From a virus (lineage: Duplodnaviria; Caudoviricetes), in the IMG/VR virus record IMGVR_UViG_3300031784_000002: a stretch of DNA of 64,000 nucleotides, one strand, 5' to 3'. Of this stretch, positions 46,101 to 54,800 are shown one piece after another. A program made the position numbers and the translations under genes. Each line of letters begins with the position of its first letter. Position 1 is the first letter of the stretch. Below the pieces are notes generated by a model, which did not search any database, was not told where the DNA came from, and saw only the letters and a list, made by a program, of their open reading frames with translations.

Positions 46101-47237
46101 TCAAACAATGGAAATATTTGGGAATTTGTAAGTTCTCCAGTTGTTACTAATTTAAATAAGGTTATTTACGTTGATGGGAAATATATTGCTGTTGGAGATT
46201 ATGGAGTAATAATTAGGTCAATAAACAGAAATTCTTATGAAATTATTCCAAATAATCTTGGTATTGTAAACATATCAAGCATTTATTATAATTATGGTTT
46301 CTATATAATTGTTACATCTTTAGGTGATTTGTACTACTCTTTCGACCTAAGTAATTGGATTTATAGATCAACATCACAAGCAAACTTCATTAATGATTTA
46401 ATATTTGTTGATAATCTTGGCTCTGATGGAAGATATGTTGCTATAGGATCTGGAGCTACTGCAATATACGCTGAACCTGTTTACAATAGAGCGGAAGGTA
46501 TTTCCAGCGTAACTGCTGGGGTTGTAACTTCTATACAAATTACTAATGGTGGATTTGGATATGATCCAAACAATTCTCCACCAGTAATAATAGAACCAGA
46601 TAGTTGCGATACTGAATTAATTAGATCATTTAAAGTTGTTGGTGATCATGGAATTATTATTGGTATTACAACATATATTACTGGAACTCCCGGAATAGGA
46701 ACAACATCTCCAAAAATTTCCTTTACATTAAAATCGGAACAATATGATAATAGTACTTTAGGAATTGGTTATTCCTCTCTTAATATTTTTGGAGTTCTTA
46801 ATAGTCAATTATCTAAAGGAGATTATTTTGTTATTACTGACAGTAATGTTGAGACTGGTGGAGATTTAGTTGGAATTACGACACTTCTTGGTGGAATGTC
46901 CAACTATCCGAATTCTAAAATTGGTATAGCGAAATCTTTCATAGATGGAGTTTACATTGTAGAAGACATAACCACTCCTTCGGTTGGTATTGTTACAGTT
47001 ACTTGTAACTTTGCTCCGATGGTTGATAACTATCTTAAAGTTTATTCTAGAGGTTCTAATAATTCGGGTGTTGGAACGAATAATTATTATGGTAGATATA
47101 GTTGGGCTAAGATTTTTGATTATCAAAATAGAATTTTGGGTAATCCAAAAACTTTTGAAGTTTTTAATGATAATGGAATTTCTGGAATTTCATCTTCGCC
47201 GAAAATTATAAGAACGAGAAGTGTAATAAGTAAGTAA
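34131..47237 (+). CDS. gp7: baseplate wedge initiator gp7 (very large, multi-domain)
   Basis: QIPEF...F..FL..YY N-terminus; YKSKGT..S.K.LF..LYG; YYQKFSY...HPSGFK; synteny between gp6 and gp8. Confidence 0.88.
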   Translation: MSEIKRVKISSIIGTQIPEFLSIESPLFSEFLAQYYNSLEYQSGPIDIVSNIVNYKNSKAFNNVELTEKTTLTSDVLSFDDVINVESTKGWPDSYGLLKINDEIITYLSKTETSFQNCIRGFSGIENLESLDNPEFLVFSSTKAAEHTDNSVVQNLSNLFLIKFFENFKYEFLPGFESRDFYKDISIENVSYKIKDLYKSKGTDLSYKLLFKILYGADIEIIKPQDYTLSPSSNSYFITKNILVEKISGGNPIDIKGNFLFQNITGIGTVSASIFNVEYRPVGEKEFYEISLDSTSFSGNFQVSGKTRILEDVQVNNSTILVDSTVGFANSGTILVKPKNSDFIKVSYTGKNINQFTGVTNVTQFLDFGLDLIEEKFAFSYVGVGNTSKVEFRVVNVIDNIDFSKTSNLRVGDNISLSGFGKDLYDTYEFNSWIYNIPTNHNIRSISQIDATKYRINLFDKIYFYQNEIISLSDNLGSSIEAKIISVEYSTSDSIKKYSNRILIQVINPGTYNVLTSKVVGKKIYKSNHYSNYFPNLENIPAGIQNTYIDSEEKYFYITSSGLPNYTIFSTDNKKTISTIVGTSTTDTFNVFNHNLFSGELVYYLPETSSGILTGLYYVTKIDDNRLKLSYSKSDIFSRKYIQSTSTITNDSLYKFGYQNKTLKHQKLLKKFYVDSSKPRESFDDLNERTTFNREVGLLVNGVELLSPNLFDENIYYGNITSINVTNSGQDYDVIDVPPLEVKDETGTGLKAHLNLSGSVREIKILNAGYGYQEKPKITITGGNGIGCILDSNFVKTRVSAGFKADLNVSTANNTIQFLNTIPFEDGEEVVYDSNKNSNVPGIVNNSTYFVGILTDNKIKLFNTKTNALQKVNEIDIVGVSSGFHFITTLKNKNTFTKIYVKESGQGYSNRKVRVPSILSGDNRSSGINTFDSYIFAKSHGFKDFDLVKYSYQGSAISGLSTSVHYYVKIIDVNKFRLYEAGIGTTLNNENYVKNKFVKLNSLGVGTHTIGYPPIEIRVESKLAIGSTTIINPELKPIVLGSIEDVYLEDGGIGFGCTNIINYHRRPNVGIASITAEAILKPIIIDGSIVDVQIINRGRGFRENSEIIIYGDGKYAQIEPIVADGKLSNVNIVFGGIGYKSSNTILVLKNRGQDAKFLANVKEWKINQVAKSRNVISEEDDGVLYPSKNPNSELQFYNFYIPKKLRYQLSDNFTDDNKENSGILNHSPILGYAYDGNPIYGAYSYDKTSGGFIRRMNSSYVLNLNLTPGIRPPSFESGFFIDDYEYDGSGDLDQHNGRFCITPEYPNGTYAYFCTIDVNASNEPIPRYPYIVGPYFYNKPLTENFLPSYNQDLDIFTKNLTRNVGPYYLNRSNSYYDLIDKVSNEYKQEFYVTSINSGKIEDVSIFSPGDNYKINDQVDVDITDTEGIQSNIVVSELDGREIESFSLFEDLIPNVEFFIRNPNTVVKTSSPHQIKNGQPVLISGISTITSSKFEGIKYVEVAEKTSQLLDNIATEGVTGLSTFITLKDITGFKINDFIGIGTEVLLITDIDSKRSGFYVNRLQNTGVHTAGIDSVVLLPREFSIPTGDIKDLTFDNYTTFFDPKFAVGIGTSVTTRTVVGLGTTSFETRSIPPRSIYLPSHKFYTGQPLIYNSGFAGTSLYVNNVGSATSIKLLDNQIVYAVNLGKDYVGLSTIGFTSSTGIGTNLNSLEFWDQTFAYGVIGAAHSLTTLNPKITGTVEKVLGVVTTKSNHNLNNDDIITLKLTTDYNEVVKVVFDPVNRKVLMREISFSDSNVSVQESSINVSSYNGNIETGDKVVYIATSPINGLVNYGVYYVLKTDFNSIKLCQYRSDINESKFINFSSTGGVGSTHKLYFVNPQISCVRTTKIEFDLSDTSLINLDLQFYFDSNFIQKINERTGFFVSRQGVPGNPNSKVILDLSAQFFPIYYNLFPKGSSDESKKQISSDDDVKSHNKISIINHQLNSKFKVSVSSDKTFSFYNTKKLTFVESNIIIQSATKFSYKTTSTNALGPISKLKINFPGRGYKKLPNIRGIRSSSGKNAVLKLISPNIGRVETFSRIKDGFDYPTDPTLSPSLSVPTVIGIKDIRTIDYVGIITGGKRYNSPPKLVVKNDTSGIELNAKISGGSVISVDVIKNSTSLSTPLDIVPIYNSNGYEIDAITVGGDLVTLELLNNSTFNPFISSGFGRTDFVYPFKIGDKIFIENCRLTDVTSDNANFNSSSYNYSFFDVVGVNTNNATVTYNMAGISTGSFGTYNDELNLGVVINKNDMPEFTMVLKDDVSYISNEKVSSETFFGTVMENGWDNNLNQMRLKSISGEINAGDKIFGEISKINGTVEYFDVFNLYATLGVSRDKTSSIDLSSGILNDSLQKISDNFYYQKFSYSIKGSIPYNVWRESVRSIVHPSGFKEFSDLEIFTKPTLNEVNLGIAKSTGMKPTLLSTDSFTFINIDQTIPLNLRSNFARVYEEELLPDGSIQNVYLDEGVDLTSYIINKTNKVIEIDNISDQFEGSSIQSLDQRFYGGADLLEGNRTFIQEEVVGFITTKYPGISTNVGWSKTVFYDSVGYVVDAVTHDVKYKSNNKSIEGGLSYWAGLGTSYVAGIPTETIDAFRYVVDLSKYIINNVGVKTSYQLLNSVGISSVVYNNITGVTTVGTTTSHGLSTTTTNYVVLKNISFSYNPGSGITTSIFPSLSLTGPLTAEKFVYEVEVVDSVRFRIRTGPSTISYTYLSGGTAQKAFISTSQYLSYAVLPDFDCNPNYNENCYADVQASVSNYVGIITTIIGIGTTASPDTIVSPSLAKGGSVVGLSTFKLKNKGTSLFKHEFSGSKVDIVNDKFIIPNHNFQSGQELIYSYSGGSPVGIATTSHVTGNLDTLLNVHNFSGTAVFENGYNVGITTVISGTVPTGPTGTVSYNQVIGVNTTGFGTNAVFNVLINYNGGGVAISTSIIPTYGGYGYSLGQQVSISGTYFGGTNPTNNLTFNISKTGPTVIQAQANTSYSSVPSSDASGAIFDVSRDSNGAVTYVKVLNGGSGYTSNSVISIAGTYIGGINSRDELSFTPLELGTKNLPTSVFVYKLNDNEFKLSGLSTSVFFDLTGVGTATHSLSYKEPNASVVITIDGIIQKAVARKSLNVSFASSVSSASTTIISISSGISSLSTGDIISIDSEYVSIKTIGITSANQIEVARGYFGTVATAHTVGASGTVLVGDFNIVGDVIYFDQAPNGKIGPVGLETGSTFGGRAFSRRFDPNIPQDKNILFDDISLSFTGIAATEFTLKSGGQTTSTVFNNVNSSTNINNNPIVLINNVFQNPTSDYTVDGVGTNVIKFLSGTPNSGKISKVSISTSYGYAPRIGAAATVTVSAAGTISNVIVIGSGSGYRNPPVVSIASTIGFGASIVVTVSAAGTISGFTIVNAGSGYTTTSRPEVVIGIPTGYSNLGLGYTGGTSGVGQKAKLTVEVGMGSSIITYKFDEPGIGYKVGDKLTPIGIVTNPALSFQPFVLTVEEVETDSFSGFYPGQFIQFNDISEFFNGFTKKFTLSTTLNGVKQVLGLRVPDGTDLDITNNIFIYINDILQVPNIAYKFSGSRVIFTEAPKAGSKCVVLYYRGSSTDVELIDPPKTIKPGDTITIQENPTDLFDISQFDRVVKKITSADQFETFNYYSVGIITDPTKIRPLTWKKQLNDTVISGSLYSKSRPNLQSSVKPSATIIKKVDPSDTVIYVDNAYPLFSDLDALPEDIRDALILENRVIQESLGECVVSSASTISSITIIDGGVGYANTQSPKVIISESLITKKDPIFNWTGGVGLSTTYSLKSIKYTNKFISVGDNSIYSTSFDGVNWQVSTLGFGQSSNFNSLESVAVGSSNFLLSAGNLGQVIKATDYGNVVSSWTQIPLQEDVSIPGFGAVNRVSSGYTGTFAEIVYSSTTDTWVTVGAGGSIFVGTGVATDSFVSRYSETLSNLNGLTFGAEYFVAVGNDGIIRTSNNGNIWEFVSSPVVTNLNKVIYVDGKYIAVGDYGVIIRSINRNSYEIIPNNLGIVNISSIYYNYGFYIIVTSLGDLYYSFDLSNWIYRSTSQANFINDLIFVDNLGSDGRYVAIGSGATAIYAEPVYNRAEGISSVTAGVVTSIQITNGGFGYDPNNSPPVIIEPDSCDTELIRSFKVVGDHGIIIGITTYITGTPGIGTTSPKISFTLKSEQYDNSTLGIGYSSLNIFGVLNSQLSKGDYFVITDSNVETGGDLVGITTLLGGMSNYPNSKIGIAKSFIDGVYIVEDITTPSVGIVTVTCNFAPMVDNYLKVYSRGSNNSGVGTNNYYGRYSWAKIFDYQNRILGNPKTFEVFNDNGISGISSSPKIIRTRSVISK

Positions 47238-47243
47238 AATCTA

Positions 47244-47251
47244 ACTAAATA
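47244..47251 (+). promoter_or_regulatory. T4-like late promoter
   Basis: ACTAAATA upstream of gp8. Confidence 0.6.
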
Positions 47252-47270
47252 AAAAAAAGTATGTTCTAAA

Positions 47271-48866
47271 ATGCCCGCCATAATATCAGACCAGTTTAGA
47301 ATTTTAAATGCAGATAACTTTGTAAAAAGTGTCTCTGGAGTAGGTGATACTTCTAACAAATACTATACTTTTATAGGACTTCCTAATAGTAATAATCCAG
47401 CTGCTGGTGGATCTGTGAATTGGGTTTCAAATACTCCATCTCCATTGGATGGATTTAGGGAAGAATATCAGGTTAAAGAAAGTATTATATCTTTAAAGCA
47501 AATTTCAAGTCAAGATGTACGAAGACTTGTTAGAAAAGTTACTTGGGTTGCAGGTAACACTTATGAAATGTATAGACACGACTATGATGTATTCAATGTC
47601 ACCTCTGTTACATCTCAAACAAGTTTATATGAAGCAAATTATTATGTAATAAACGAAGATTTGAGAGTTTATGTATGTTTGCAAAATGGAACTGATCCTG
47701 AAAATCCAAAAGGAAGACCTTCTTTTGACCAACCAACTTTTATTGATTTAGAACCTAGAGCAGCTGGTGCTAGTGGAGATGGTTATATATGGAAATATTT
47801 GTATACTATCAAACCTTCTGAAATTGTTAAGTTTGACTCTATTGAATATATCCCAGTACCAGAAAATTGGGGCAATACTGGTGAATCAATATCTACAAAA
47901 AATAATGCAATTGATGGTAAAATTGAAGTTATTCTTATTAATAATAGAGGATCAAATTATCAACCAATTTCTACATCATTTTCAAATGTTCCTATTTTAG
48001 GTGATGGTTCTGGAGGAAAAGCAACTATAACTATTGACTCTTTTGGTAAAGTATCTGAAGTTTTTGTTACAGATGGTGGAAATGGGTATACTTATGGTAC
48101 AATTCAATTCTATCCAGGAGCTCCTGGTTCCGAAATTACTGGTCCTTTGCGTCAATTAAGTAATACTGGAATCGGAACTACATCAGTGGCTTCTTTCAAT
48201 GTTATTATTCCACCAAAAGGTGGTCATGGATACGATATTTATCGAGAATTGGGTGCATATAGAGTTTTATTATACTCTAGATATGAAACTTTAGAAAGTA
48301 ACCCAGATATTATTTTGGGAAATGACTTTGCTAGAATTGGAATTTTGAAAAATCCAACAATAGTTGGAAGTAGTAACCAATTATTAGATGCATCTTTGGT
48401 TAGTGGACTAAATGCTCTAAAATTATCTGGAGTTACAACTAATACAACATATGGTGTTGATTCTGTAATCAAACAGACTGTTGGATTAGGATCTACTGCA
48501 ATTGGATTTGTATCATCTTGGGATCCAATAACAGGAGTTTTAAAGTATTATCAACCAACTGGTCTAGCTTCAAGTGAAACAGGATTCAAGATTATTCCTT
48601 TCACATCCAATCCAGATGTTGGATATGGATTGACAATTAATTGTTCATCAATTGTTGGTCCAACATTATCAATTAATTCTAATTTTAGTGGCGTAAGTAC
48701 CACAATAAATAATAGAATATATCAGTTGGGTCAAGAGTTTGTAGCGGGTATTTCCTCTGCTGAATATAATAAAAAATCGGGTGACATTATCTATTTGGAT
48801 AATAGACAACCAATTCCCAGATCTGCTAACCAAAAAGAAGACATTAAAATTGTACTGGAGTTCTAA
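47271..48866 (+). CDS. gp8: baseplate wedge subunit gp8
   Basis: MPAIISDQFRILNA.NF; W..G.TYEMYRHDY; DGYIWKYLYTI; KEDIKIVLEF. Confidence 0.92.
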   Translation: MPAIISDQFRILNADNFVKSVSGVGDTSNKYYTFIGLPNSNNPAAGGSVNWVSNTPSPLDGFREEYQVKESIISLKQISSQDVRRLVRKVTWVAGNTYEMYRHDYDVFNVTSVTSQTSLYEANYYVINEDLRVYVCLQNGTDPENPKGRPSFDQPTFIDLEPRAAGASGDGYIWKYLYTIKPSEIVKFDSIEYIPVPENWGNTGESISTKNNAIDGKIEVILINNRGSNYQPISTSFSNVPILGDGSGGKATITIDSFGKVSEVFVTDGGNGYTYGTIQFYPGAPGSEITGPLRQLSNTGIGTTSVASFNVIIPPKGGHGYDIYRELGAYRVLLYSRYETLESNPDIILGNDFARIGILKNPTIVGSSNQLLDASLVSGLNALKLSGVTTNTTYGVDSVIKQTVGLGSTAIGFVSSWDPITGVLKYYQPTGLASSETGFKIIPFTSNPDVGYGLTINCSSIVGPTLSINSNFSGVSTTINNRIYQLGQEFVAGISSAEYNKKSGDIIYLDNRQPIPRSANQKEDIKIVLEF

Positions 48867-48871
48867 TAGAA

Positions 48872-51800
48872 ATGGCACAAAACACTAATTTAAATACGTC
48901 TCCATATTTTGATGATTTTGATCCGACAAAAAATTATCAAAGAGTTTTATTTAAGCCAGGAACTCCAATTCAAGCAAGAGAATTAACAACTCTCCAATCT
49001 ATCCTACAGAATCAGGTTGAAAAATTTGGTAAACATTTTTTCAAAGAAGGATCTGTAGTAATCCCCGGAAATATCGCATATGATTCCGAATATACTTGTG
49101 TTCAGATTGATCCTACTCACTTAAGTATCCCAGTAGTAACTTATTTGTCATTTTTAATTGGAAAACAAATAAAGGGTGAGACTAGTGGAGTATTTGCTAA
49201 AATTGAAAATTATATTACTAGTGAAGAATCCGAAAATGATACATTCACTTTGTATATAAAGTATCAAAGTTCTAGTGAAACTGATTTTACTCGTAGTACT
49301 TTTGTTGATGGAGAAAATTTAATCGTTCTGGAAAATATTGATTATGGGCTAGGTGTAATTAGATTAGAATCGTCATTTGCAACTACCATTATATCAAATT
49401 CTACTGCAACCGGATCTGCAGCAAAAATAGAATCTGGTGTTTATTTCATAAGGGGATTTTTTGTAGATGTTTTCCCACAAACAGTAATATTAGATCAATA
49501 TTCAAATTTACCATCTTATAGAATTGGTCTATCTATTTTTGAAGATATAGCCGTACCTTCTCAAGAAAATTTAGATTTGTTTGACAATGCTAGGGGATTT
49601 TCAAACTTTGCTGCTCCTGGTGCAGATAGACTCAGAATCGTAACAACTCTAATAAAAAAATCTTTAGATGATTTTAATGATGAAAATTTTATTGAATTGT
49701 TGAGAATTGAAAATGGAAATATTAAGAGAATTCTCAGAAAGGAAGACATTCCATCACTAATAACGGATGAGTTAGCGAGAAGAACAACTGATGAATCTGG
49801 AGACTATTATGTAACTCCATTTAGAGTTGTTCCTAAAGAATCATTAAACGACAAAATAGGAAACAATGGTGTTTATAATCTAGGTCAATTAACCAAACAA
49901 GGAAGTATCCCTTCAGATGATTTATTGACATTACAAATTTCTCCAGGAAAAGCATATGTCAAAGGGTATGAAGTAGAAACTCTTGTAACTGTAAATGCGG
50001 ATCTAGAAAAACCAAGAACTACAACAACTGTTAATGATATAACTGTTCCTTTTAGTTTAGGCAACCAAGTAGAACTTAATAATGTTTATGGATCAATTCC
50101 TGTTGGATTTGGTTCAACTAGTCAAGTAACTTTATATTCAAGAAGAACTGCAACTCCAGGTCTTCCTTCTGGTATTCCAGTAGGAGTTGCTAGAGTTTAT
50201 GATTTAAAACTAAAAAATACTGCGTATGCCAATTCTTCAACTCCTTTTGAAGCGTCAGTTTACGATGTACAAACTTACACATATTTGACATTAAATACAA
50301 CCGTAACTCTCACTAAACCATCATTCGTTGAAGGTAAAAATAGTTCAGCTTCTGGATATTTAACATCAGCTGTCACAAATAGTAACCAAGTAGTATTATA
50401 TCAAACTTCTGGCGAATTTATCGTAGGTGAACAATTAAAAATAGATGGTCAAGATATTTCTAGAACAATAGTTAGTGTTAGGGATTATGATCTAGGAGAT
50501 ATAAAACAACTTGTCGGATATGTTGGAACTACAACGTCTTTCACTGCTGATACTGTATTATCTGTAGGAGTTCCTATTGCACCACAGGGTACTACATTTA
50601 CTATTTCTGCAGGTTCTGGAGGAATAAGTACTGTAACAACATCAACTTCTACTTTTGGAGTGGGAATTAACACTGGAGATATTTTTGTTTATACTAAGTC
50701 CGGAGAAACAGTACCTACTTATAATAGAGTTACTTCTGTAAATGCTTCTGCAAAATCTATAAGTATTGAAGCAACTACAAGTGTTTCTGGTATCAATAGT
50801 GGAGGACTACCTACAAGTATAACAAATACGAGTGGATTGTTTAAAGGAGTATCTACACTATTAAACAATAAACAATCATTTTTATTCGCCGAGTTACAGA
50901 ATCAAAATGTTGCAAGCGTTGATGTTTCTGATGCTGAAATAGTTTATAGAAAATCCTATTCTGTAACCGTTGCATCTAACGGTTTGACAGCAACTTTAGA
51001 AAGTGACACTAGTATCACTTTGGAACCATTTGATGAGGAAGACTATTATTTAGTTTTTTCTGATGGTACTGTTGAAACATTAACTTCCAGTCAGTTTACA
51101 ATTACCTCAGGAAGAACTTTAACTTTAGTTAATTTAAGTAAAAATGGTTCTGCAACCTTAACCGCTACTTTAAGAAAAAGAAGACTAAAATCTAGAAAGA
51201 AAGTTTTTAATAGATGTGCAGTTTTAGATATTAGAAATTCTAGTAGTCGTTCATCTGGAATAGGTAGTACCACCCTTAATGACGGTCTAACATATAGTTC
51301 ATATTATGGTACAAGAGTACAAGACTCCAGAATATCATTAAATGTACCTGATGTAATCTTTGTTGCAGGTGTTTTTGAATCTTCTGATTCAAATGATGCT
51401 GAATTACCCAGATTGGAAGTTGTTGATTTAAATGCTAATATTTTAAATGCAATTAAAGGTGAAATAATTTATGGACAATCGAGCAATGCAATAGCAAAGT
51501 TTGTTGCAACTAATGGAACAAATCAACTAGAATTTGTATACATTAACGAAAATGCTTTCATTAAAGGTGAAAAAATTCTGTTTGGAGAATCAAACGTCAG
51601 TGCAAGAATAAGCTCTTTAATTGAAGGCGATAGAAATATCATGACTGATTTTCTTTTTGATAATGGTCAAACTTTAGAAATAGCTGACTATTCTTCGCTT
51701 AGAAGAAAATCGGGTGTAACTGCACCAACAAAGAGGTTAAAAATAATTTACGATTATTACTATATTGATCCTAACGATACGGGAGATTTTGTAACGGTTA

Positions 51801-54800
51801 GTTCATACGAACGTGAAAGATATTCTCAAGACATGCCAAGAATTTCTTACTATAGATCGAGTGATATTATAGACCTAAGACCTAGAGTTAGTCCATATAA
51901 TAGTGCTTTAACTCCATTTTCTCCGTTTGAATTTGATTCAAGAAAGTTTTTAGCTTCAACAAATTCTAGTCCATATAATTTTGCTAAAGATAGAGATCTA
52001 TTTTTATCATATTCTTATTATCTTGGTAGAATCGATAAATTATATCTCAATAGATATGGAGAATTTTTCGTTACAAAAGGAGTAGCATCACAGACTCCAA
52101 TTGCTCCAAATAATATTGAAAATGCTATGGAAGTAGCTACCATTACTATGAGTCCATATGTTTATAATGTCAAAGATGTAATTGTCAAGTTATCATCGCA
52201 TAAACGTTATAGAATGCAAGATATTGCAAGACTAGAAGATAGAATAAGAAATATTGAATATTATACTTCGTTGTCTCTCTTAGAAACTGATACTAAGAAC
52301 CTATCTTTAAGAGACTCTCAAACTCAATTAGATAGATTTAAATGTGGTTTTCTTGTAGATAATTTCAAATCAATACGTTCAGGATCCTTAGGTGATTCTC
52401 AGCATAAGTGCAGTGTTGACACTGAAGAAGGAGTACTTAGACCTCAACACTATACCACTTCCATAGATCTTCTTTTAGGATCGGAATCTGTAACCGGAAT
52501 ATCTAATATTTCAAATCCAGACGCTGACTTAAGATTTGTAAAAGACTTAGGAAATCCAAATACAGTCAAAGTTGGAGATGTTGTTTGTTTGAAATATAGT
52601 GATGAAGTATTTTTAAAGAATACTTTTGCAACTAGAGTTGAAAATGTTAACCCATTCAATGTTGTTAACTGGATTGGATCTATCGAATTAAATCCATCAA
52701 CAGATACTTGGATTGAGACCAGAGGATCGAAGAGAACAATCGACCAGGAAGGAAATTATGAAGCTACACTGAGAGCTCTTGGTGCTGATAGTAATACTGG
52801 ATTATCTCCAATTGATTGGGGTTCTTGGGAAACTACTTGGACTGGTAGACAAGAAATTGCCAGACAAAATGTACATACTATATTCCAAGGATCCACCTTT
52901 GTGGGTTCTACCGGTACTTGGTGGAGAGAAGAACAAACTTTCAGAGATCAATATTTAACATTTGCAAATGTTACTACTCTTAATACTACAAGACAATCTA
53001 GACAAGGTGTTCAATATAAAGTTGGTGAAAGAATAGATTCTGTTAACTTGGGAACTTCTGTTGTATCTACAGAAATTATTCATGTAATGAGATCTAGAAA
53101 TATTGAGTTCATAGCAAAAAGATTAAAACCAAAAACAAAAGTTTATGCGTTTTTTGATAATGTTGATATGAACAAATATGTTGTTCCAAAACTCATTGAA
53201 ATTCAAATGGAAAGTGGTACTTTCACTGTTGGAGAAACAGTCGTTGGTACAGTAGGAACTACATCAATTAAATTTAGATTAGCAACTGCTAACCATAAGT
53301 ATGGTCCATACAATCAACCTGAACAAGTTTTTACAGATAATCCATATTCTCCCACACAATTAATACCAATATCTTATTCAACGACATCAACTATATTAAA
53401 TGTTGATACAGCTTCTCTAGAGTTACAATCTGCTTCTGGATTCTATGGACACGTCATTCCGAACATGCAACTAAGAGGCGAAACTTCTAAGGCAGTTGCA
53501 AAAATAATGGATGTTAGATTAGTTACTGATGTTTCCGGTACTGTAATTGGATCACTGTTTATTCCTGATTCAAGACTACAATCTACTCCATCATTTGAAA
53601 CAGGAACAAAAACTTTCGTCCTTACAACTAGCTCCACAAACACCCCAATTGTTGGTGCTACAGATAGTATAGCTGATGTTAAATTTAGATCCTCCGGAAC
53701 TATAAACAATACAGAAGAAGTTACTCTAAGAACAAGGAATGCAAATGTTGAGAGAACTAGTAGAACCGAAGAAAGAACTTTAACTTCTCAAGAGACAGAG
53801 TTAACAGCAGGAACTACTTTCATAAACCGTACTGTAGTTCAAACTAGATGGGTTGACCCAATTGCACAATCTTTTGAAGTTCCTGAAGAAACTGGAATTT
53901 TCATTACAAAATGTGATCTATTCTTTAGGACTAAAGATACTAATAATTTGCCGATTACAATGCAAATCAGAACTATGCAAACTGGTTTGCCTACAACAAC
54001 AATCATTCCATTTGGTGAGGTTGTTTTAGATCCAAGTCAGGTAAATGTATCGGAAGATGGTAGAACTCCAACAACATTTACTTTCTCATCTCCAGTTTAT
54101 CTTGAGAGTGGAAATGATTACTGTGTAGTATTACTTTCTGTATCTAATGAATACACTGTATGGATTTCTAGAATGGGTGAGGAAGATATAACAACATTGA
54201 ATTTACCAGAGTCACAAAAAATAGTTGTGTCACAACAACCTTTATTAGGATCTCTATTTAAATCCCAGAATGGTGCTACATGGGATCCTAGTCAATTAGA
54301 AGATCTAAAACTAACTCTTTATAGAGCGAAGTTTGTTACCGGATCTTCTACAGTTAGATTCTATAATCCAAAATTAGACATCGGTAACAATCAAATCGTA
54401 ACTTTAAGACCTAATCCATTAGATTGTATTTCTAAATCAACTTTGATTGGATTAGGAAAAAGTTTGACTTCTACAGAAGTTACTGGATTAACTCCAGGAA
54501 GTCCAATACTACAAAACAACAATCAAACTTTTAGATCGAATTTAAAGAGTATAGTTGGTTCTGTAGGAATTGGAAGTACGTTAGTGGTAACTTCAGCAGG
54601 AGCTGCATTTACATCTACATTTAAAACTTATTCTAATGTAGATTTAGTTTCCTTAACTGGTTTTGGTTTTGGTGCTAAAGTAAATCTAAGTGTTCAAAAT
54701 GGAGTTGCTATTGCAGCTACAGTTTCTATTGGAGGTACTGGATATGCTTATGGAGATTCACTGAGAGTCAATTATACACAAACAGATGGACTTGGTAGTA

